Positions 28,223 through 36,486 of a stretch of DNA of 64,000 nt are shown here, one piece after another. The notes beneath the pieces are model-generated. The model saw only the letters and a program-made list of their open reading frames with translations. It was not told where the DNA came from and searched no databases. Source of the DNA: a virus (taxonomy: Duplodnaviria > Caudoviricetes); IMG/VR virus record IMGVR_UViG_3300031994_000013, positions 64,001 to 128,000 of that record; one strand, given 5' to 3'. Position 1 is the first letter of the stretch. Each line of letters opens with the position of its first letter. The position numbers were made by a program, and so were the translations under genes.

Positions 28223-29749
28223 ATGTTCGTGAGTATCAATACCATTGACGCAATCTTGAAAACCCTACCTATCGGCTACTACTGCGGAAAGCAAGTCCCT
28301 GTTTCTCTTGATACGGAAGCACCCACCAGCTATTATTCGCCTATGGAAAACAAGATTGTTATTTCCTACCCTATTATTGCCAAAGGGCTGGAAGCAGTAA
28401 TGGATGAAAGCTATACAGAAACGGCTGTTCGTTCTATGCTCTATCACGAAATCAGCCATGTTATTTTGACTCCCGATGATTTACTTGAAGTGGCACGCAA
28501 TGAGCAGGAGTGCAATATTTTCAATATCTTTGAAGATGAACGCATTGAAACCCTTCTTAGCGATTATTACCTTGATACTGACTTCAAACAGCAGCTCCGT
28601 AATATTTGCCAGCTTGACCCCGCCGCGACTGACCCCATTCAACGCTTTTTCAATATTGTGCGTTTTCGCTATGGTAAAGCAGGATATATTGAAGAAGTAA
28701 AGAGAATAATTAACAAATATAACAATCTTACTGCTTTGGATGATTATGACAAATGTTGGGAATATTCCCGCGAAATAAGAGATTTATTTAGAAAAATCGC
28801 GGGTGACCCTGACGCTTGCAAGGTAGAAACCCCGCCGCAGAGTAAAAGCGGCGAAGGCGAAAAAGGTGACAAGGCCGATAAAAAAACCGCTACAACAGGC
28901 TTTGATGATGTTATAAAGAATGACGAAGCCGAAAAGACAGAAGAAGCCGAAGCCAAAGAAGCCGAAAGTGGTGAAGAAAATACAACTTGTGAAGCCCTTA
29001 GTCGCGCAATTGTCCGCGAAATAGCAAAGCAAGCCCTTTCTGCTGATAAAATGCTTAACGATAATGCTAAACAACAATTGGCGGGCGCAGAAAATATTAT
29101 TGAACGACTTATTTCTAATTTCAATAAAAAGAACTCAAACGGCTCTGGCTTTAATGCTTATAGCGGCGTATTTAATCCCCGCGCCGTGGTACGAGATGAT
29201 TATAAATATTTTGAGCGTTCAGCCGTGACAAATGGTAACACAAAATATGGAACTTGCCGCTTAAATCTGTTTCTTGACCGCTCTGGTAGCTTTAGGAATA
29301 ATGAAAGCATTGTAAATGCTTTACTGGCTTTCTTGTCCGAAGTCGAGAGAAAAAACCCCAATTTCTCTTTAAGCGTTTCATTTATCAATGATGAATTTGT
29401 AACCTGCCAAAGCGTTAAAGAGCGACAAATGCATTGTACTAATGGAAACGACTTGCCCAAAAACCTAACCGAGATTTTCAACAATCTTCAAAAAAAGGAC
29501 AGTTATAATTATAATATTTTCCTGTTTGATGGTGACGCTTTAAGTGATAATTCCGGCAGTGTAGAAACTTGCAGTGAGCTATTCAAACAGATAGACCAGC
29601 CCCATACTTGCCTTATTACCGATGTCGATAATAAACGGTATATGCGTAATGATTATCAATTCACTAAAGCAAAAGTTATTGTAACCAGTCAATACACCGA
29701 AAAGTTAATTGAAAATATTACAAAAGCTTTCCATATCATGTTCTCCTAA
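28223..29749 (+). CDS. VWA-domain protein with N-terminal HExxH domain (partner of the AAA+ ATPase)
   Basis: YHEISH...FEDERIE; MIDAS-like DRSGS and FDGD. Confidence 0.75.
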   Translation: MFVSINTIDAILKTLPIGYYCGKQVPVSLDTEAPTSYYSPMENKIVISYPIIAKGLEAVMDESYTETAVRSMLYHEISHVILTPDDLLEVARNEQECNIFNIFEDERIETLLSDYYLDTDFKQQLRNICQLDPAATDPIQRFFNIVRFRYGKAGYIEEVKRIINKYNNLTALDDYDKCWEYSREIRDLFRKIAGDPDACKVETPPQSKSGEGEKGDKADKKTATTGFDDVIKNDEAEKTEEAEAKEAESGEENTTCEALSRAIVREIAKQALSADKMLNDNAKQQLAGAENIIERLISNFNKKNSNGSGFNAYSGVFNPRAVVRDDYKYFERSAVTNGNTKYGTCRLNLFLDRSGSFRNNESIVNALLAFLSEVERKNPNFSLSVSFINDEFVTCQSVKERQMHCTNGNDLPKNLTEIFNNLQKKDSYNYNIFLFDGDALSDNSGSVETCSELFKQIDQPHTCLITDVDNKRYMRNDYQFTKAKVIVTSQYTEKLIENITKAFHIMFS

Positions 29750-29902
29750 ATCGAAGCGGGACGCCCAGCGTCCCGCCTTCCCCTATGAGAATTTGGATGT
29801 TAAACATCCAAGTTCCTCTATCCCAGCTTAACAAACTCTTAACTTGACAAATAACCCCTTGCATAGTATAATGTAGTTACAAAAGCAAAGGAGAAAAGAA
29901 AA

Positions 29903-30019
29903 ATGCTTACTGCTATTTCAATCGGAATTATAATCGCTATATTCGCAAGCGCAGTAATTCGAGCTTATGGATGGCAGGATATTAAGCAAAGAATAAAAAT
30001 GATGTTAATGAAAAAGTGA
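29903..30019 (+). CDS. Small membrane peptide
   Basis: AAAGGAG RBS; MLTAISIGIIIAIFASAV... Confidence 0.5.
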   Translation: MLTAISIGIIIAIFASAVIRAYGWQDIKQRIKMMLMKK

Positions 30020-30118
30020 TATAACAAACTCTTAACTTGACAATCTCCCGAATCTATGATATAATTACAGCGTAATCAAGGGAAGGAAAACCCTTACAAA
30101 CCAGAAAGGTAGAAAAGT

Positions 30119-30523
30119 ATGACTAAGAAGAACGCCCTGACTATCGTTGCCCAGACCATCAACGCTTGCGACCTCTCCAGCTTCACCGATGACCAGCAGA
30201 ACACGATTAAGGACGCGCTTGATGTTGTCAGCGGCATGATTGACCAGCTCTCCGCTACCCGCGCTTCCTCTCCCGAAGCCAAGGAAAAGCGCAAGGAAGC
30301 CACCGCAGCCGCGCGTGCTGAACTCGTTGCCAAGGTTGCTCCTGTCCTCCGCAAGCACCTTGCTTCCGACATTACCGCCAAGGACTTGTATGACGCCGCG
30401 AAAGCCGAACTGCCCGCCGACTTTAATTGGCAGAAGGTTCAGAACATCTTGCTTCGTGAAATGGCAACCGAGCTTGTTAAGACCGAAGCCAAGGGCAAGG
30501 CAAATGTGTATCGCTTGAAGTAA
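30119..30523 (+). CDS. Putative winged-helix DNA-binding protein, paralog of 24923-25255
   Basis: MTKKNAL vs MTKNTL starts; LPADF motif; followed by terminator AAAGCCCGCC/GGCGGGCTTTTT. Confidence 0.65.
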   Translation: MTKKNALTIVAQTINACDLSSFTDDQQNTIKDALDVVSGMIDQLSATRASSPEAKEKRKEATAAARAELVAKVAPVLRKHLASDITAKDLYDAAKAELPADFNWQKVQNILLREMATELVKTEAKGKANVYRLK

Positions 30524-30662
30524 TCCAAAGCCCGCCACACGGCGGGCTTTTTCTTAAAAGAAAATTGGATGTTTAACATCCAGTTTGGTCTTAACCCACT
30601 TTTAACTTGACAACTGCAATTATTATGATATAATAAGTATATCAAACAAAGGAGAAACACAA

Positions 30663-31103
30663 ATGATTTATTGCGGTTATCAAGGTTGCGGCAAATCCAC
30701 CTATTGTAAGGCGCACCCCGACACAACTATTGATTTAGATAGTTCTAACTTTCCCAAAATTGATAGATGGGAATATAATTATATAGCAGTCGCGCACAAG
30801 TTAGAGCTAACCACAAATAAAGCCGTATTTATTTCGGCGCATCAATGTGTTATCAATGCGTTAATGGCTTTACATATCCCCTTTGAAGTATTCGTACCCG
30901 CGCACGATAAAGAAGCATGGCGGCATCGTTTAGCTTTTCGGTATAACAACGCGCCGCATCAATGTAATTTCAATGCGCTTGCTGACTTTGAAAAGAATTT
31001 TGAAAAAGATATGGCATTTTATCTTACCCTCCCCGCCGAAATAGTTCATTATGTATCGGCAAAAATCATAACCGATATGAGCGATTACATAACACAATCT
31101 TAA
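30663..31103 (+). CDS. P-loop NTPase (kinase-like)
   Basis: GYQGCGKST and IDLDSS. Confidence 0.7.
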   Translation: MIYCGYQGCGKSTYCKAHPDTTIDLDSSNFPKIDRWEYNYIAVAHKLELTTNKAVFISAHQCVINALMALHIPFEVFVPAHDKEAWRHRLAFRYNNAPHQCNFNALADFEKNFEKDMAFYLTLPAEIVHYVSAKIITDMSDYITQS

Positions 31104-31163
31104 CTTGACAAATTGCCTAACTCACGGTATAATAGATACATAAAGAGCAAGGAGAGTAAGCCA

Positions 31164-31829
31164 ATGAAACCTATTATCTACTATGTTATCTATTGCGGAG
31201 CGGCAGTTAGTTCTATCCACTATGAAAGTCGGTCTGCGGCAGAAAAGGCGGCAAAGCTTTACACTCGTATTAGCGGTTGTGAATGGAAAGTGCGGATGAT
31301 GGTTGGGAGTGTGGCAAATGACTAAGATATATTACAAAGTTGTTAAGTATGATGAAGATGGCAGAAAAATCTCAATACTTTTTACAAGTCGTCAAAGCAC
31401 GGAAAATTACATTCTCTCACACAATCCACCGCTACTTTCTTACACCATAATAGACGAAGAAGAAGAAGATTTAGAAAGTGAGGAATAAAATATGACAGAC
31501 TACAAAAAAATAATTGAAATTCTACGCAAAACAGAAAGCACAAGCCCCGAAGCATTTTATCTTATGGAAGATAGTAAATATAAATACATTGTTTTCACTT
31601 GTAATGATGAATGGTATGAAACACAAATTGCATTTGATAAAGAAACAGAAGAGATAAGGGAGATACAATAATGAAGAAGCAAAAAGAAACCAACCCCATG
31701 TATGATGCTTGGCGCAAACAGCGCGGTGATTGGGGCGCAATATCACCAATTACTCGCATCATCCGCAACAAGAAGCGCGACACCAAATTAAAATATCCAA
31801 AGCAAGAAAAAGAAAGGGATGGAGAATAG
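31164..31829 (+). CDS. Four small coupled ORFs (31164-31325, 31318-31488, 31492-31671, 31671-31829)
   Basis: Overlapping or abutting start/stop codons with RBSs after one cassette promoter. Confidence 0.6.
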
Positions 31830-31972
31830 CCGCCCTTCACTTATTTGGATGTTAAACATCCAAAATAGGGTCGCCGCCACTTTACACAAACTTAACTTGA
31901 CAAATTACCCCTATAGTGATATACTATACCCAAGAAGTGAAGGAAAACACTGCAAACCGAAAGGAATAAAGA

Positions 31973-32962
31973 ATGAAGAAGAAAACCTATCTTGTGCTTG
32001 ACAGCGAAACAGCTACCCTTGACTTTGCGGATGAACTTGCCGCAGGTGACGCAGAAAAGAAAAAGAAAATCGCTATTGCTCGCCCGCTTATTTATGATAT
32101 CGGATGGACTATTTGCGACCGCCAAGGTAACATCATCAAAAAAGCACAATATCTTATTAGCGAAATCTTTAGTATTCCTGCTATTTTTAATACTGCCTAC
32201 TACGCCAGTAAGCGTCCTATATATATTGATATGCTCGCAAAGGGCGAAACAAGCATTAAGCCGTGGCGCGAAGTAATGAAGGAACTTGTTATTGATATGG
32301 GCGCAGTCGATGCCGTGGGCGCGTATAATGCTATGTTTGATTTTAAGAAAGCAATTCCATTTACTGAACTGTATATCAATAAGTTGTATAGCGCAGATTA
32401 TTATAATTGGTATAATCAGCAGAAAAAACTTTGTGCCTATATCATTAGCCACCCTTATGTCAAGCCCGAAGATAAAGAATTTGACCCTAACAATTTTCTT
32501 TTCCGTGGTGTAAATTATCCTCTATTCGATATTTGGGGATTAGCAACTACTCATTTACTTGATAGGGTTTCTTATCGTGAAGAATGCCTAAAGCATGGCT
32601 TGCTTACTGCCAGCGGTATTTATTTTAAGTCCAGCGCAGAAAGCACCTATCAGTATTTAGCAAAAAAGTATAGCTTTGTGGAAGCCCATACTGCCCTTGA
32701 TGATGCGACAATTGAGACTTTTATTCTGTCTAAAATCGCAACAAGGCATAAAGTCAGTATTGGAATTAAGTATTTCCCTTTCCGTGATTTAGGATATACT
32801 ACAGATTTTGTTTTAACCCGCCCGCGCCTTAATATCGATTACATTCATATTGTGCGCGATGCAATTCAAACATACATTGACGCGCAAGCCGAAGAAACGA
32901 CCTATGTTAAAGGTTTGTTAAATCGAATCGCGCAACTTGATGCGATTCTCGCGGTGGCATAG
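31973..32962 (+). CDS. DEDDh 3'-5' exonuclease
   Basis: LDSET, AYNAMFD, HTALDDA. Confidence 0.85.
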   Translation: MKKKTYLVLDSETATLDFADELAAGDAEKKKKIAIARPLIYDIGWTICDRQGNIIKKAQYLISEIFSIPAIFNTAYYASKRPIYIDMLAKGETSIKPWREVMKELVIDMGAVDAVGAYNAMFDFKKAIPFTELYINKLYSADYYNWYNQQKKLCAYIISHPYVKPEDKEFDPNNFLFRGVNYPLFDIWGLATTHLLDRVSYREECLKHGLLTASGIYFKSSAESTYQYLAKKYSFVEAHTALDDATIETFILSKIATRHKVSIGIKYFPFRDLGYTTDFVLTRPRLNIDYIHIVRDAIQTYIDAQAEETTYVKGLLNRIAQLDAILAVA

Positions 32963-33092
32963 TACCACCGCAGGGGTTTTGGATGTTAAACATCCAACTT
33001 TACAAACTTTTAACTTGACAATTCACTCACCTCGTGCTATAATACATACATAAAGTGAAGGTCACACTTACAAACCAGAAAGGAACGAAATT

Positions 33093-33536
33093 ATGAAGAT
33101 TTACACCCTGACTTGGTTCTCCTCCAACAGCAGCTCTGTTCTTGGCGTTTATTCTACCTTTAACATTGCCGAACAGACTATGCATACTCTACTCGATAAA
33201 GACGAAGTCCTTGATTTAGAAAACGCTCATTCCTGCGGCGGCACTACCCGTTATCCTATACTGCGTCCCGACAATGTTACGGAATATTTTGAGATTCGCT
33301 TATTCTACCTTGACGATGATGAAGAAGAGGAAGAAGATTGGGACGAAGATGATGATGAAGATAATTGGGATGATGATGAAGAAGATGAAGAAGAGGATGA
33401 CTGGGATGATGATGATTGGAACGAAGACGATGAAGATGAGGATGAAGATTCTGATACCCTCACAATCTTGCAGGAACTTTTGAAGCATGGCGGCGATGTT
33501 AAGGTAGAACTTGAAATCGTCATTGAGGGGGAGTAA
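33093..33536 (+). CDS. Extremely acidic protein with D/E-W repeats
   Basis: About 48-residue D/E tract punctuated by Trp. Confidence 0.75.
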   Translation: MKIYTLTWFSSNSSSVLGVYSTFNIAEQTMHTLLDKDEVLDLENAHSCGGTTRYPILRPDNVTEYFEIRLFYLDDDEEEEEDWDEDDDEDNWDDDEEDEEEDDWDDDDWNEDDEDEDEDSDTLTILQELLKHGGDVKVELEIVIEGE

Positions 33537-33789
33537 TCCCCCTTTTCTTTTGTGCGCCTTTTTGGATGTTTAACATCCAACTTAATTATAAATTAACTTG
33601 ACTATCATGATATTGTATGATATAATATATTTATCAAATGAAGGGAGAGAAAAAAATGACTATTGTATTTGTTCTTGTTATCCTGTTAGTAGCTTACCTT
33701 ATCTTTGCAGATTGGATGATGTAACAAATTTTTAACTTGACAAATTTCAAAATCTGTGATATAATATATATAGAAATTAAGAAAGGGGA

Positions 33790-34038
33790 ATGAAAATGAT
33801 TGAGAAGTATGAACGCGACCTTCCCACTCTAACCGATGACGATTTGGAAACACTCATTGATATGTTTCAAGCCGAATTGCAAATGAGACAAGAGGAACAT
33901 GATAAGGTTAGACGGCAATATCAAGACGAACTTGACCGACTACTCACGGCAATGGAAGGCGATGGTTTCTACATCACTACTCCCGATAACCCCGCTGGTC
34001 TTACTGATTATATTGTCGAAGAAATAAAGGAGCACTAA
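33790..34038 (+). CDS. Acidic hypothetical protein
   Basis: Promoter, RBS. Confidence 0.7.
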   Translation: MKMIEKYERDLPTLTDDDLETLIDMFQAELQMRQEEHDKVRRQYQDELDRLLTAMEGDGFYITTPDNPAGLTDYIVEEIKEH

Positions 34039-34039
34039 A

Positions 34040-34432
34040 ATGAAGATAGTATATATTGCTGATGATGGCAAAGAGTTTGAGACGGAAAAAGAGTGCAAGG
34101 AATACGAAGATAACCGTCCCGATATAAAAAAGCTAATTTGGGACGAGGTACTAATCGGCTATGACCAAAATGGGGTTATTTTAGAGTATAACTTGGCTGA
34201 CCCCGATTTTACCGATGAGGACTGGCTTGAAAAAGCGTTTTATATGCGCGTCACGCGCGGTCTAACGAAGAAGGAAATTAACGATTTTTATATAGAATAT
34301 GGCTTCAATCTTCCTTTTACTACCAAAGGACTTTACCGTTATGATTGGGAAAGCAGTAGTTGGATTTCGTATGAGGAAGATTATGCGAACTTCAAAAAGA
34401 AATGGAAACGATTTGAGGAAGGCGGGAATTAA
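34040..34432 (+). CDS. Hypothetical protein
   Basis: YIADDGKEFETEKECKEYE N-terminal motif common in phages; stop in hairpin. Confidence 0.75.
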   Translation: MKIVYIADDGKEFETEKECKEYEDNRPDIKKLIWDEVLIGYDQNGVILEYNLADPDFTDEDWLEKAFYMRVTRGLTKKEINDFYIEYGFNLPFTTKGLYRYDWESSSWISYEEDYANFKKKWKRFEEGGN

Positions 34433-34556
34433 CCCGTCTTACCAAACTTGGATGTTAAACATCCAAATAGTCCTCGCGCCACTTAACAAAGTTTTAACTT
34501 GACAAAATACCCCCGATGCGATATAATACCTATAGAAAAGCAAAGGAGATAAGAAT

Positions 34557-34754
34557 ATGAAAAAGACTGACGCCGATACCATTGTTTGGTCTGTATACGA
34601 CCAAGATTTTGTTGAATGGCTTTTCTATTACTTTGAAACAGTAGAACAAATGCCAAGCAAGAGAATAATCAATCTTATGGCGGCAGCGTTTAACAAAGGC
34701 AAGAAAAGCGGATATAACGAAGGATATGCTAAAGCGCGTGAAGATTGTTGGTAA
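34557..34754 (+). CDS. Hypothetical protein
   Basis: Cassette promoter, RBS. Confidence 0.65.
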   Translation: MKKTDADTIVWSVYDQDFVEWLFYYFETVEQMPSKRIINLMAAAFNKGKKSGYNEGYAKAREDCW

Positions 34755-34849
34755 GTTAAAAATCTCTTAACTTGACAATTCATCAACTCTGTGCTATAAT
34801 ATAATCAACAAGTGAAGGAAAACACTTCAAAACCAGAAAGGCAAATGTT

Positions 34850-35212
34850 ATGGCTAAGATTTCTAAGAATGTTGTTGATGCTGACCTCCGCAAGCAGGTA
34901 TTTACTGACCTCATCACCGATACCCCCACCGAGCTTGACCTTGACGATCCTCGTAAAAATTACATTAAGATTAACGACCGCCAGTATGGTGTTATTCTTA
35001 CCGACCTTAACGGCGTGGAGCGCTATGTGCGCGTTGGCGCGATTGTAGCAGAGGAACGCGAAGATATGACCGCGCGCAAGCTTATGGAAAGTGAAATCAA
35101 GGCATACAATGACGCGCAGGCAGAAAAGGCACGCAAGGCGGCAGAACACGCTAAGAAAGCCGAAGCCGACAAGGCAAAGCGCGAAGCTAAGGCAAAGAAG
35201 GAAGCGGAGTAA
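34850..35212 (+). CDS. Hypothetical protein with K/A/E-rich helical tail
   Basis: Leader AAACCAGAAAGG; stop in hairpin GAAGCGGA/TCCGCTTC. Confidence 0.75.
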   Translation: MAKISKNVVDADLRKQVFTDLITDTPTELDLDDPRKNYIKINDRQYGVILTDLNGVERYVRVGAIVAEEREDMTARKLMESEIKAYNDAQAEKARKAAEHAKKAEADKAKREAKAKKEAE

Positions 35213-35493
35213 TCCGCTTCTTCGCATTATTGGATGTTTAACATCCAATTTTACAAATATTTAACTTGACAACTTGGCGCGTCAGTGATATAATATAACT
35301 ACAAAAAGCAAAGTGGAGTAAATCAATGGACTGTAAGACTTGGAGAATTATTGTTGCTGTAATAGCTATCGCCCTTGCTATTGAAATAGCGTGTGAAATA
35401 ACAGGGATACCAATCTATTAACAGACTCTTAACTTGACAGAACGCACATGGTATGTTATAATGTAATTACAAAAAGCAAAGGAGAACAAAAGT

Positions 35494-35706
35494 ATGTGGA
35501 ATCTTGGGCGTTGGAATAACTTCTATCAAATCGTTGAATTGGTTGATTGGCGAGATACCGAAGAAGAAGTGCGCGAAACCTTGCAGATTTGGATTAGCGA
35601 TGAATACGCGAACAAGGATATTGAAAGCTTTTCCGAAGAACAGGATGGCGATACGACCATTATTACCATTGATGGTGATGAATATTGTATTTGGGAGGAA
35701 GAATAA
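35494..35706 (+). CDS. Small acidic protein
   Basis: Promoter, AAAGGAG RBS. Confidence 0.7.
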   Translation: MWNLGRWNNFYQIVELVDWRDTEEEVRETLQIWISDEYANKDIESFSEEQDGDTTIITIDGDEYCIWEEE

Positions 35707-35707
35707 A

Positions 35708-35896
35708 ATGAAGTGCCCCGATTGTAACACGAAGCTAACCGCTAATGAGACCTTTGACTTTGGTTGGGAAACTGGCAAAGAAGATAAGATAGTGGTTAAT
35801 GTTGCTGGTTTCTGTCCCGCCTGCGGGCGCAAGTTCCTTTGGACGCAGCACTACACTTTGGTAAGTGAAGATGAGTTGGAGGATGATGTATATTAA
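35708..35896 (+). CDS. Small zinc-ribbon protein
   Basis: MKCPDC...CPAC; GGAGG RBS. Confidence 0.7.
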   Translation: MKCPDCNTKLTANETFDFGWETGKEDKIVVNVAGFCPACGRKFLWTQHYTLVSEDELEDDVY

Positions 35897-36167
35897 GGGC
35901 GCGTAAGCGCCCTTGTTTTTTTTTGGATGTTAGACATCCAAATTCCCCTCTTGACAAATCTCAAAAAATATGGTATATTTTATATTTTATATTTTCCCTA
36001 TTCATTATATCACACCCCGTGTTAAGATTCAAGCAATTTTGTATGAAATAAATATTAAATTTATATTAACTTTACCTAATTTTAACATAATAAATTTTTG
36101 ACTTTTAGTGAAATTTGTGGTATAATAAATATAGAAAGAAAGGAAAGGACATATATAATATCAAATA

Positions 36168-36290
36168 AGCTGGAAGCTGGAAATTTAAATAAGCTGGAAT
36201 TATAAGCTGGAAATTGGAGGAGCTGGGGCCGGAGCAGCTAGAATTGAAGTTAGGGGTTGGCGTGATTAGATATTTGACTTGAGCTGGAAA
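36168..36290 (+). repeat. AGCTGGA cluster, right of the cassette array
   Basis: 5 perfect copies plus 2 variants, same orientation as the left cluster. Confidence 0.8.
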
Positions 36291-36297
36291 TTGTGGT

Positions 36298-36472
<175 letters not shown>

Positions 36473-36486
36473 ACAAAAAGGAACCT

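Larger units (their letters stand above)
16200..35465 (+). promoter_or_regulatory. Family of near-consensus sigma-A promoters (about 40) preceded by a TTWAC-N6-TTAAC box
   Basis: Examples: ttaacaaacacttaacTTGACA-17-TATAAT at ~20010, tttacacaaacttaacTTGACA at 31881, ttaacagaaacttaacTTGACA at 25327. Confidence 0.9.
16159..35941. repeat. Dispersed 19-bp palindrome TTGGATGTT-W-AACATCCAA, 30 copies, all between cassettes
   Basis: Starts at 16159,16691,17063,17448,17868,18292,18654,18959,19436,19975,20340,20769,21153,21450,21932,23059,23965,24531,25295,26058,26869,28113,29793,30565,31845,32979,33562,34448,35230,35923; degenerate copy at 16307; not seen elsewhere in the window. Confidence 0.97.

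Noticed and set aside
33712-33730. TTGGATGATGTAACAAA as another palindrome copy
   Set aside because: Right arm absent; it is the end of a 22-codon hydrophobic ORF running into a promoter box
16853-35248. ORFs beginning or ending MFNIQ / MLNIQ / MDVKHP in the ORF track
   Set aside because: These are translations of the palindrome, not a protein family
16159-35941. CRISPR array interpretation of the 19-bp repeat
   Set aside because: Spacing is about 300-1700 bp and irregular, the intervals contain promoters and genes, and no cas genes are visible
16159-35941. Palindrome as the intrinsic terminator itself
   Set aside because: It is AT-rich with a minimal loop, and separate GC-rich hairpins already lie just upstream; an RNA-level role is not excluded
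16159-35941. Each palindrome contains two GGATG (FokI-type) sites
   Set aside because: Conservation extends well beyond the 5-mer and nothing links the host to such an enzyme; treated as coincidence
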